This document shows positions 15,388 to 23,548 of a stretch of DNA of 36,638 nucleotides, piece after piece. This stretch comes from a bacterium. GTDB taxonomy: Bacteria; Patescibacteriota; Minisyncoccia; UBA6257; GWB1-50-10. Under the pieces are notes generated by a model. That model did no database searches. It was not told the DNA's origin and was given only the letters and a program-made list of their open reading frames with translations. Position 1 is the first letter of the stretch; each line of letters starts with the position of its first letter. The stretch lies in NCBI GenBank assembly GCA_021825465.1, contig JAKAGX010000002.1, positions 1 to 36,638 of the forward strand. The letters are read 5' to 3'. The position numbers were made by a program, and so were the translations under genes.

Positions 15388-15924
15388 ATCGCTTATCAAA
15401 GACCATACAGACCAGCGCCCACCCCGCGGCAGAGAATAAACGGGGAAATAACGGCCATTGAGCTTCGTGTCATCGATGAATCGGGAGAAAATCTCGGCGT
15501 CATGAAGAAAGAAGAAGCTCTTGCGAAGGCCATGCTCGCGGGACTCGACCTTATCGAGATCGCTCCGCAAGCCGTGCCCCCCGTCGCGAGGATCATGAGC
15601 TTCGATAAATGGCGGTATCAAAGGGAAAAAGAAGAAAAGCGATCGAAGCAGGCACAAAAACAAAAAGAACTGAAGCAGGTGCAGATCTCAGCCCGGATCG
15701 CCGAGAACGACATGGCGATGAAAGCGAAACAGGCCGAGAAATTCCTTGCGGAAGGCCACAAGGTTGAAATTCACCTCCGGCTCCGGGGAAGAGAAAAGGC
15801 GAACAAAGAATGGGCACTGGGACGCATAAAAGAATTCACGGGGAAAATAACCATACCGTACCAAGTGACCATGGAACCGCGGCAAGGAGGAAGAGGATAC
15901 CTCATGCAAATAACCAAGAAATAA
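15388..15924 (+). CDS. infC: translation initiation factor IF-3 (non-AUG start; exact start uncertain)
   Basis: The track ORF starts at ATG 15502 (MKKEEALAKA...). The frame is open from 15379, and the upstream part encodes the conserved IF-3 N-terminus RINGEITAIELRVIDESGENLGV. There is no in-frame ATG, GTG or TTG there. The candidates are ATC 15388 or ATA 15436, in line with the known AUU-type start of infC. Confidence 0.85.
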   Translation: MAYQRPYRPAPTPRQRINGEITAIELRVIDESGENLGVMKKEEALAKAMLAGLDLIEIAPQAVPPVARIMSFDKWRYQREKEEKRSKQAQKQKELKQVQISARIAENDMAMKAKQAEKFLAEGHKVEIHLRLRGREKANKEWALGRIKEFTGKITIPYQVTMEPRQGGRGYLMQITKK

Positions 15925-15925
15925 T

Positions 15926-16096
15926 ATGAAGAAAAGCGTATCAAAAAGGATCAGAATAACGAAATCGGGCAAGGTTCTTCGCCGGGCAATGGCCCTGGGC
16001 CATTCGCGGGCGAATAAAAGAACGGTGCAGATCAAGCGCAAAAAAAATGCCCGCACCTTGGGAAACGTCGATGTACAAAAACTTATCAATAACTAA
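15926..16096 (+). CDS. rpmI: 50S ribosomal protein L35
   Basis: Missing from the ORF track because it is under 60 aa. Translation: MKKSVSKRIRITKSGKVLRRAMALGHSRANKRTVQIKRKKNARTLGNVDVQKLINN. It lies between infC and rplT. Its stop overlaps the rplT ATG (TAATG). Confidence 0.85.
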   Translation: MKKSVSKRIRITKSGKVLRRAMALGHSRANKRTVQIKRKKNARTLGNVDVQKLINN

Positions 16097-16443
16097 TGCC
16101 AAGAGTAAAACGAGGCACAATTGCCCATAAAAAAAGAGAAAAGCTCCTCAAAAAGAGCAAAGGGTATAAGTGGAGCCGAAAATCAAAGGAGCGCGCCGCA
16201 CGCGAAGCGCTTCTTCATGGTCTTGCGAGAAAGCTAAAGGGCAGAAAGGAAAAGAAGAGGGCTTACCGCACGCTTTGGGAAACCGAAATCAATGCGGGAG
16301 CGAGACTCCAAGGCACGACCTACAGCAAGCTCATCGGTGCGTTGAAAAAGGCAGATATCAAACTCGACAGAAAGATCCTTGCCGAACTTGCCGGCAACGA
16401 ACCGGACACTTTTAAAGCAATAATCGACTCCCTTAAGGGGTAG
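16096..16443 (+). CDS. rplT: 50S ribosomal protein L20
   Basis: 115 aa. The N-terminus is MPRVKRGTIAHKKREKLLKKSKGY. It sits in the conserved infC-rpmI-rplT order. Confidence 0.93.
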   Translation: MPRVKRGTIAHKKREKLLKKSKGYKWSRKSKERAAREALLHGLARKLKGRKEKKRAYRTLWETEINAGARLQGTTYSKLIGALKKADIKLDRKILAELAGNEPDTFKAIIDSLKG

Positions 16444-16930
16444 TCGTCTGCTTCTTCGGCTGCTGCACCTTCCTTGTAATGGAGGTGTACGCTTTTTTGA
16501 GATTCGATTTCAAATTCGGGGCCTTCAGCATCCGCAAGGCATCTTTGTAGAGGAACCAGCCGTACCCTTGATGTTCCCGCGGCACGATGGTAACCGACTG
16601 CGTTTTCGTTTCCGCCAAATAGTAGATCACGAGGCGCGGGATCCGCTTTTTTTCCTTCGTATAAAAGACAAATCGATCGGAAACCTTGAACCAGTTGATG
16701 AACCGCAAGTTCGGCGCTTTGATGCCCGTTTCTTCCTCGACTTCCCGCAAGGCTGCCTTAAAGCTCTTTTCTCCTTCGGCCAGCTTCCCCTTCGGGAAAT
16801 TCCAATAACTGCCCCCGTGGTACAAGAGCAGAAACTTTATCCCTTCCTCCGCCCGCCTGAAGATGATCACGCCTGCGGAGATCGAAAGGTCGCCCTCTTT
16901 TTTATTACTCACCGATGATTGGTCCGGCAT
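16433..16930 (-). CDS. NUDIX hydrolase
   Basis: 165 aa. The Nudix box is GKLAEGEKSFKAALREVEEETGI. Confidence 0.8.
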   Translation of the reverse strand: MPDQSSVSNKKEGDLSISAGVIIFRRAEEGIKFLLLYHGGSYWNFPKGKLAEGEKSFKAALREVEEETGIKAPNLRFINWFKVSDRFVFYTKEKKRIPRLVIYYLAETKTQSVTIVPREHQGYGWFLYKDALRMLKAPNLKSNLKKAYTSITRKVQQPKKQTTTP

Positions 16931-17573
16931 GGTCTCGTAAAATAGGTTGTTTTAACGTTTGTTTCGGTAAAATGAGGTCCGGCACCATAAAGAGAAGGAT
17001 CGCTCCAGCAAATGCCGCAAGGGATCCCAAAATGAAGATGAAATCAAACCCCAAGAGGAGCGCAATGCCACCGCCAACGAATGCCATGACGGAAGAAATG
17101 ATGTCGATGCCGAAGTGGTCGAGCGTCCACTCGAGCGAGTAGTGATCTTTATCCAAATGCCTCGAAAAGATCGCCGGCCAGGAAGAAGAATACAGAGCGA
17201 ACGCAAGACCCTGTACCACCATGGAAGCGAGAAGCGCCGGAACGCTCCGGACGGCCAAAAAGATCAAACACACGAGGCCGCCGAGTAAAAGTCCGATGAG
17301 GAGGGCGTAAAAGTCATCCTTTTCCCCCTCATGCTTGTCCAAGTAGAACGAAATGGGCACTTCGGAGATCGCCTTCACCAAATAGTACAGCGCAGCAGCA
17401 GCTCCGACGGTAAATACGTTCGCCGCGCCGATCCGTTGCAATATGAAAACCGCAAAGATCGGAGAAATGAGCCCCCATCCTCCCCAAAACAAATAGTCGG
17501 AGAGGATGAAGAACCGCACTACTTTGTTCATCTTCATTTCGCCGAAGCTTATTTTAAAGCGAGGGAATTTCAT
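16905..17573 (-). CDS. polytopic membrane protein (about 6 TM, MFS-half-like)
   Basis: 222-aa hydrophobic ORF with no specific motif recognised. The start is uncertain because MKMNKVV offers alternative Met codons. Confidence 0.55.
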   Translation of the reverse strand: MKFPRFKISFGEMKMNKVVRFFILSDYLFWGGWGLISPIFAVFILQRIGAANVFTVGAAAALYYLVKAISEVPISFYLDKHEGEKDDFYALLIGLLLGGLVCLIFLAVRSVPALLASMVVQGLAFALYSSSWPAIFSRHLDKDHYSLEWTLDHFGIDIISSVMAFVGGGIALLLGFDFIFILGSLAAFAGAILLFMVPDLILPKQTLKQPILRDHAGPIIGE

Positions 17574-17591
17574 GGGTTCGATAGTTAGAGA

Positions 17592-20084
17592 CTAGCCTTT
17601 TGAAACTTGAAAATCAAATGCCCCGTTTTGGAACGTAATGGTAACCGTGTCGCCGTTGCCGAGGCTTCCATCGAGGATCTTGTTCGCTAAAACGCTTTTA
17701 ATGTCATCGGATATGACCTTCCGCAAGGGGCGCGCGCCGAAAACCGGATCGTACCCCCGCCTTCCAAGCTCACCCAATACCGCATCGTCGTATACGATAT
17801 CGATGCCCTTATCCTCCCCCAACGCCTCCTTCAATTCATTGACCGACAATCCGGCGATCTTCTTGATCTCGTCTTCCTTCAAGTCCCTGAAAACGACGAT
17901 ATCCGAGAACCGATTCAAGAGTTCGGGCCTGAAAAAATCGGACAGCTTTTGCTTCAATTCGCCTGCAATATCCTCGACCCGCTTTCCTTTTTCAATCTCC
18001 GATTTTATGAAGTCGGAGTTGGCATTCGACGTCGCGATAATGATGGTATTTTGGAAATCGACAGTCTTCCCCAAGCTGTCGGTCAGCCGCCCGTCGTCGA
18101 ATACTTGAAGGAAAAGGTTCAAAACGTCGGGGTGGGCCTTTTCAAACTCGTCGAGCAGCACCAAGGTATAAGGATTATCAGAAACGGCGTCGGTCAACGT
18201 TCCGGTCTTCGATCCGTCGGGAGTGCCGATCAGCCGGAAAATGCTCGTCTTGTCCTGATACTCGGACATATCGAAGCGCTGCATGGCCGTTTTTGAACCG
18301 AACTGCACTTCCGCAAGGATCTTCGAAAGTTCGGTCTTTCCAACGCCGGTCGGACCAACAAAAAGAAATGCGGCGATCGGTCCCCCCTTCCGAGAAAGCC
18401 CGCTCCGATACTCCCGAAGCGCCCGAGCAACCGCGGAAACTGCCGCGTCCTGATTGATGAGCTTTTTATGAATGACATCCTCGAGCCCCAAAAGCTTCGA
18501 GGCTTCGTCCGCCGTAACCCTTTGGATCGGAATTCGCGAAAGGTTTTCCGCAACCATATCCACGTCTTGAACAGAGATCGATTTCTTTTTGTTTTCGACC
18601 GCCTCGGCAAGCGTTTGCTTCAGGAGATCGACGGCGCTTCCCGGCAAAAGCTTTGCGTGAAAATACCGCTTCGCAAGATAGACGGATTCCTTAATGACGC
18701 TGAAGGGGACGAAAACGCGGTACTGCCGCTCGAGGAGAAGGCTTTGGTAGATCAAGAATTTGACGGCTTCTTCTTCACTGATCTCGTCGACCCGGACCAC
18801 CTCGAATTGTTCGAGAAAATCAGACCGCGGCTCGATGTATGTTTTGAATTCACGGGGATACGTTTCACCGATCACGGGAATGGCCGCGCTTTTTACGATC
18901 GGCAAAATAATATCGATCGCATTCACGGTTTCTTTCGACGTTCGGAAAAGGTCGTGCATATTAGGGACAAAGAGAACGATATTCCCCGCAAGAAGGATCT
19001 CCTCGGTGATGTCGTTCAAGCGAGCGGTCAAAACCTCCGGCGTAGCATTCCCCAAGAGATTGCCGATCTCGAGGGACACCAGCCGCTTGTCAAAGAGTTC
19101 TTCGGGAACTTCGTCTTTTATAATGGAAAACGCCAAATGATCGATAATGGTCGACTTTCCCGCCCCTGCTTCGCCGACCAAAATGGCGTTCGGCTTCCCG
19201 GGCCGCGCGATGACCTGAAGGAGCTCCTCATATTCTTTTTCGTGGCCAATGAGAAAACCGACGGCTTCGGAGCGCGCCAAGTCGGTAAGGTCCGTCGAAA
19301 ATTTGTCGAGCGTCGGCGTCGGCCGGGCCGTCCAAGCACGATTCATGGTCCGATGCCTCAAGAATCCCGGCTGGTGGGCAAAGCCGCCGATGATCTTCGG
19401 CATGAACCGCGGGGCGCCGAATATCTTCCGCCATTTGCCGAACACTACCGCGGATTCGACGTCCTCCTTTTTAATGCCTGATGCAATGAAAACCTTTTCA
19501 AGGTCGGCGTCGCCGACATCGAAGATGCCGGCAAACAGATTTCGAGGATAAATAAAAACATCGTTATGGCTGCGCGCATTTTCATATGCCCGGGACACCA
19601 AATCGCCCAAAACCGAAAGATAACTTTCTTTCGAAAACTTTCCCTTGCCATCAAAAGCGACGGCAGCTTTTTGGAGAAGGATCTCGGGTTTCACATCCAA
19701 GCGCTTCAAAATTTCACAGATATCGTCACGCTCAACGAGAAGTTCTAAAAGAACGAGATAAAAACTCACATTGGCCCCTTTCGATTTTCTGAATGCGGAG
19801 CTTAAAATGCGGTATGAGGATGGCGTCAGAGCGTCGCCGACGTTCCCTTTCCCGCGCCCGATCTCCACAAGGTTCCGCTCGCCGTCCCCAATGTGCATGG
19901 CTCGATCGGCAAGAAACAAAGCAAAAAGAATGCCGAGAGCGATAAGCCTCGCGTTCTGCGACAAGAGTAAAACCAGCGTCACGGCAACCACGACGACATA
20001 TGCCGAATAACCGAGGAGCCGCGCGAGAAAATCACCCGCTTGGCTCAAAAATATCCGTTTGCTTTTAAAATACAGATCAGACAT
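17592..20084 (-). CDS. membrane-anchored Clp/Hsp100-family AAA+ ATPase (two nucleotide-binding domains)
   Basis: 830 aa. Two N-terminal TM helices are followed by Clp_N-like repeats. NBD1 has Walker A GEAGAGKST. NBD2 has Walker A GPTGVGKTE, Walker B LVLLDEFEKAH and FRPELLNRF. Confidence 0.85.
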   Translation of the reverse strand: MSDLYFKSKRIFLSQAGDFLARLLGYSAYVVVVAVTLVLLLSQNARLIALGILFALFLADRAMHIGDGERNLVEIGRGKGNVGDALTPSSYRILSSAFRKSKGANVSFYLVLLELLVERDDICEILKRLDVKPEILLQKAAVAFDGKGKFSKESYLSVLGDLVSRAYENARSHNDVFIYPRNLFAGIFDVGDADLEKVFIASGIKKEDVESAVVFGKWRKIFGAPRFMPKIIGGFAHQPGFLRHRTMNRAWTARPTPTLDKFSTDLTDLARSEAVGFLIGHEKEYEELLQVIARPGKPNAILVGEAGAGKSTIIDHLAFSIIKDEVPEELFDKRLVSLEIGNLLGNATPEVLTARLNDITEEILLAGNIVLFVPNMHDLFRTSKETVNAIDIILPIVKSAAIPVIGETYPREFKTYIEPRSDFLEQFEVVRVDEISEEEAVKFLIYQSLLLERQYRVFVPFSVIKESVYLAKRYFHAKLLPGSAVDLLKQTLAEAVENKKKSISVQDVDMVAENLSRIPIQRVTADEASKLLGLEDVIHKKLINQDAAVSAVARALREYRSGLSRKGGPIAAFLFVGPTGVGKTELSKILAEVQFGSKTAMQRFDMSEYQDKTSIFRLIGTPDGSKTGTLTDAVSDNPYTLVLLDEFEKAHPDVLNLFLQVFDDGRLTDSLGKTVDFQNTIIIATSNANSDFIKSEIEKGKRVEDIAGELKQKLSDFFRPELLNRFSDIVVFRDLKEDEIKKIAGLSVNELKEALGEDKGIDIVYDDAVLGELGRRGYDPVFGARPLRKVISDDIKSVLANKILDGSLGNGDTVTITFQNGAFDFQVSKG

Positions 20085-20424
20085 GGAATACGCCCAAAAA
20101 TACCGCGACCAGGACCGGCGGGATCAAAAGCCAAATAATGTACAAGGCAACGGCTGCAAAAAAGACGATCGCATAAAAGACTGAGGCGACCAAGATCCGC
20201 ACCGCCCTCAGAAAGAACCCCAGAACGTAACCGGCGAACGTGTAGTCCTTATAGAGCGGAGTAAAAAGATTTTTGAGGGTTATTTTCCATGCCAAGACCT
20301 TGTCGAAATCGTGCAGCCGATCGAGGACGTAATTGGAGTATAACTTCGCGCTTCGAACGTACCAATGCCTTAAAAAATCAACGATCCGCCACAGGAACTT
20401 CTGCACCACATACGCAAAAACCAT
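20077..20424 (-). CDS. small membrane protein, translationally coupled to the Clp-type ATPase
   Basis: 115 aa with 2-3 TM helices. It overlaps the downstream ATPase start by 8 nt. TATAAT (reverse complement of 20434-20439) lies 9 nt upstream of the ATG. Confidence 0.6.
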   Translation of the reverse strand: MVFAYVVQKFLWRIVDFLRHWYVRSAKLYSNYVLDRLHDFDKVLAWKITLKNLFTPLYKDYTFAGYVLGFFLRAVRILVASVFYAIVFFAAVALYIIWLLIPPVLVAVFLGVFHV

Positions 20425-20457
20425 ACACTATTTATTATAATGGCTAATTTCTAATTA

Positions 20458-20733
20458 GCGAACTCCGCTTTGCCGAACAAACCGTCTCGGAGGACGAGCG
20501 GCCATGGTGCCGTGCAGGATGCATCTTTTCGGAACCGGGCGTTCGCCATCTCCTGCGGATGGCGCCGCCCTGCGCTCTCGTGTCGCTGAATCTGCTTCGC
20601 AGATGCCAAGCTCAGCGACACTCCGAGAGCTTCCTGAAAGATGCATCCCGCACGGCGAGCGAGTCCGAGAGCGAGCGCAAATTTCTCGGTGGGAAATTTG
20701 ATAGCGTGTTTGAGAGGTAAAGCGGAGTTCGTG
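20458..20733. other. about 276-nt imperfect long hairpin / rod-like structured element of unknown identity
   Basis: Nested helices: GCGAACTCCGCTTTGCC (20458-20474) with GGTAAAGCGGAGTTCGT (20716-20732); GTGCAGGATGCATCTTTTCGG (20511-20531) with CCTGAAAGATGCATCCCGCAC (20634-20654); GCTCTCG...GTGTCGCTGA (to 20589) with TCAGCGACAC...CGAGAGC (from 20612). The apical hairpin is ATCTGC-TTC-GCAGAT. Confidence 0.45.
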
Positions 20734-20734
20734 G

Positions 20735-21673
20735 TTATATATACCGCACCTCCTCTTCTAGCATAATGCCGAATTTCCTATATACCTTCTTCCTTAAAAT
20801 ATTTGCGAGCTTCCGCACGTCGGCGGCCTTCGCGCGCCCCTTATTGACGAAGAGGTTCCCGTGGAAAGAAGCGATCTCGATACCCCCAACGCGCATCCCC
20901 TTCGAACCGACCGACTCCAAAAGGTATCCGGCCGGTATTTTTCCATCGATGATTTTCGATCGGTCGATCCTTTCAAGGGATTTTCGCGGAACATCGGCGA
21001 CGAGGACATTCTTAAAGAAACTTCCGGGACATTTGATCCCCGGCTTGTACTTTTTCTCGCGTATCGCAATGATATGCCTCGAGATCCGTCTCAAGGCCGC
21101 CGCATTCCCCGCCTTGAATCCAAGCCGAATCCGCAAAACAAGCCACTGCCGTTCTTTAAAGACGCTTTGGCGATAAGCGAAGTTGCACTCGCGTTTCGAG
21201 ATCCACCGCTTTTTTTTACCGTCCCAAATTTCAACGGACTTGACGATCTCGGCGATGGAGTGGCCGTATGCACCGGCATTTCCGACGACCGCACCACCGA
21301 CCGTTCCCGGTATCCCCGAGAGCGTCTCGAGCCCCGAAAGTCCCCGGCCGATGGATTTTTTCACAACTTCGCCGAGAAGGACGCCGCCGTCCGCCACACA
21401 CTCTTTTCCTTGAAAAGAGATTTTCCCTCCAAAAAACCGCAAAACAAGCCCCTTCAACTTTCCATCGGGAAAGACAGTGTTGCTTCCCCCCGCAAATATC
21501 GTGAGGGGTATCTTATTTTTTTTCGCCCATTCTGCAATATCGACGAATTTCTCGGGCGTCTCGGCAATGGCAAGATACTCAGAAACTCCGCCGATCTTGA
21601 ACGTCGAAAGCGGAGCGAGTTTTGCGTCTTTTTTGATCTTAAATTGAGTGAAAGCCTCCGGCCGAGTCATCAA
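20735..21673 (-). CDS. murB: UDP-N-acetylenolpyruvoylglucosamine reductase
   Basis: 312 aa. FAD-binding domain motifs are TFKIGGVSEYL and FAGGSNTVF. The MurB C-terminal domain includes SAGSFFKN-like GSFFKNV. Confidence 0.88.
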   Translation of the reverse strand: MMTRPEAFTQFKIKKDAKLAPLSTFKIGGVSEYLAIAETPEKFVDIAEWAKKNKIPLTIFAGGSNTVFPDGKLKGLVLRFFGGKISFQGKECVADGGVLLGEVVKKSIGRGLSGLETLSGIPGTVGGAVVGNAGAYGHSIAEIVKSVEIWDGKKKRWISKRECNFAYRQSVFKERQWLVLRIRLGFKAGNAAALRRISRHIIAIREKKYKPGIKCPGSFFKNVLVADVPRKSLERIDRSKIIDGKIPAGYLLESVGSKGMRVGGIEIASFHGNLFVNKGRAKAADVRKLANILRKKVYRKFGIMLEEEVRYI

Positions 21674-21712
21674 ATTACCCTTCAGTATATGCTAAACTGA
21701 AGGTGTTCACAA

Positions 21713-23086
21713 ATGGAAGAAAAACTCATCGAGAGCATCTCCGGCGTTCGGGGCGTAGTCGGTAAAACACTCACCCCCGACGTCGTCGTGCGGTATGCCG
21801 AAGCTTTTGCGAGATTTTCGAAACGCGGGACGATCGTTATCGGACGCGACGGGAGATATCACGGCGCTTCCCTCTATGACATCCTCCGGGGAACACTCAT
21901 TGCAGGCGGCTGCCGAGTGGTTGACATCGGCGTCTGCCCGACGCCGACCGTGGAACTTGCCGTCCTGCACTCCCGCGCGGCGGGCGGCGCCATTGTGACC
22001 GCAAGTCACAATCCGCAAGAATGGAACGGCTTGAAGTTCCTCAATAAAGCCGGCGTTTTCCTGAATGCCGAGGAAAACAAAAGGCTTCTTGCGTGCGCCG
22101 CGGAAGGGCCGGCGTATCCCGGGTACCGGTCGGTTGGATCTCTCAACGACGGATCCTTCTTCGTCCGCGATCACATTGAGTGCATCCTCGCAATGAAAGC
22201 GATCGACGTGCCGTTGGTAAGAAGAAGAAAATTGAAGGTTGTCGTCGACGCCGTCAACGCTTCGGGCTCCCTCATTGTTCCGGAACTTCTCCGCGGACTC
22301 GGCTGCAAAGTCGTTGCCATGAATTGCGAGCCAACCGGCGTATTCCCCCGAAAACCGGAACCGCTCCCCGAAAACATCACCGCCGTCATGAAGCGAGTGC
22401 GGAAAGAAAAGGCGGACCTCGGCGTCGTCGTCGACCCGGATGCCGACCGGCTCGTCCTGGTAACGGAAAAAGGGGAACCCTTCAATGAGGAATACACCAT
22501 CGCTCAAGCCGTCGACCTTGTCTTCAAAAAAATACCGAAACAAAAACGGATCGCCGTCGTGAATCTCTCGACGACCCGGGCCGTTGATGAAATAGCGAAA
22601 CGGTGGAACGGCAGGGTTCTTCGATCGGCCGTCGGTGAAATCAACGTAGTACAAAAGATGAAAAAGGTGCATGCGACGATCGGCGGCGAAGGCAGCGGCG
22701 GCGTCATCCTCCCCGAGGTTCATTACGGACGCGACGCCTTGGTCGGCATTGCGCTTGCACTCGAAAACCTCGCCGAATTTGGCGGGACGCTCTCTGAATA
22801 CAAAAAAACGCTTCCATCGCTTGAGATCGTAAAAAAGAAAATCGGCATCGGAAAAAGAAAACCCGACGCCGTGATCGAAATGCTCAAAGACCGATTTTCA
22901 AAGTTCAAGATAAACACCGACGATGGATTGAAAGTCGATGCTCCGGACTACTGGATCCACGTCAGAAAATCGAATACGGAACCCGTGATGCGCATTATTG
23001 CAGAAGCGAGGACCAAACGAGAAGCCGAAATTCACATCGCCGAAATCGAGCACATCATGGAAAAACAACGAGGAGGGTTACGCTAG
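21713..23086 (+). CDS. alpha-D-phosphohexomutase (phosphoglucosamine mutase / phosphomannomutase family)
   Basis: 457 aa. The active-site serine loop is TASHNPQEWNGLKF, the metal loop is DPDADRL and the sugar loop is GGEGSGG. Confidence 0.85.
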   Translation: MEEKLIESISGVRGVVGKTLTPDVVVRYAEAFARFSKRGTIVIGRDGRYHGASLYDILRGTLIAGGCRVVDIGVCPTPTVELAVLHSRAAGGAIVTASHNPQEWNGLKFLNKAGVFLNAEENKRLLACAAEGPAYPGYRSVGSLNDGSFFVRDHIECILAMKAIDVPLVRRRKLKVVVDAVNASGSLIVPELLRGLGCKVVAMNCEPTGVFPRKPEPLPENITAVMKRVRKEKADLGVVVDPDADRLVLVTEKGEPFNEEYTIAQAVDLVFKKIPKQKRIAVVNLSTTRAVDEIAKRWNGRVLRSAVGEINVVQKMKKVHATIGGEGSGGVILPEVHYGRDALVGIALALENLAEFGGTLSEYKKTLPSLEIVKKKIGIGKRKPDAVIEMLKDRFSKFKINTDDGLKVDAPDYWIHVRKSNTEPVMRIIAEARTKREAEIHIAEIEHIMEKQRGGLR

Positions 23087-23116
23087 CGCGCACCCTCCCG
23101 CTTTTTGGGATCGGCT

Positions 23117-23317
23117 TCATTCTTCCAGATGGCCGACCGACCCACCTTCAAGCCGATCGAACTGGAAAAAAACCTCTTTTGCATCCGGATTATTCTTCTC
23201 CTTCACGCTGAACCCAAGGGGGTGGATCTCAAGGTCTATCTTATCCTCGAGGAAGCTTTTAATCACTGCGTCAAAGAGATACTCCTCTTCTCTTCTCGTC
23301 AACTTGTCGCGTTCCAT
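23117..23317 (-). CDS. hypothetical small protein
   Basis: 66-aa ORF. GGAGG lies 5 nt upstream of the ATG, and a TATAAT box lies about 40 nt further upstream on the minus strand. Confidence 0.55.
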   Translation of the reverse strand: MERDKLTRREEEYLFDAVIKSFLEDKIDLEIHPLGFSVKEKNNPDAKEVFFQFDRLEGGSVGHLEE

Positions 23318-23364
23318 GATGCCTCCGATGTTTTATTGCCGGTAAGTTCTAATACTTATTATAG

Positions 23365-23397
23365 CAGTGCGCCCACGAGGAATTGAACGTCGCTTTG
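23365..23397 (-). repeat. direct-repeat copy of the tRNA-Arg 3' end (pseudo-tRNA fragment)
   Basis: CAGTGCGCCCACGAGGAATTGAAC at 23365-23388 is identical to 23474-23497, and similarity continues for about 9 more nt with 2 mismatches. No matching 5' acceptor strand is present, so it is not a complete tRNA. Confidence 0.7.
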
Positions 23398-23476
23398 CTC
23401 CCTAACACCTTGCGGTTTTAGTATTTCCACCACGGGGAAACTCCCGTTTCCCCGACCCCCTTCCCGTTCAATTCAG

Positions 23477-23548
23477 TGCGCCCACGAGGAATTGAACCTC
23501 GATTTTATCCTTCGGAGGGATACGCTCTATCCGTTGAGCTATGGGCGC
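23477..23548 (-). tRNA. tRNA-Arg (anticodon CCG)
   Basis: Minus-strand cloverleaf: GCGCCCA TA GCTC AACGGATA GAGC G TATCC CTCCGAA GGATA AAAT CGAGG TTCAATT CCTCG TGGGCGC A. CCA is not encoded. Confidence 0.9.
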
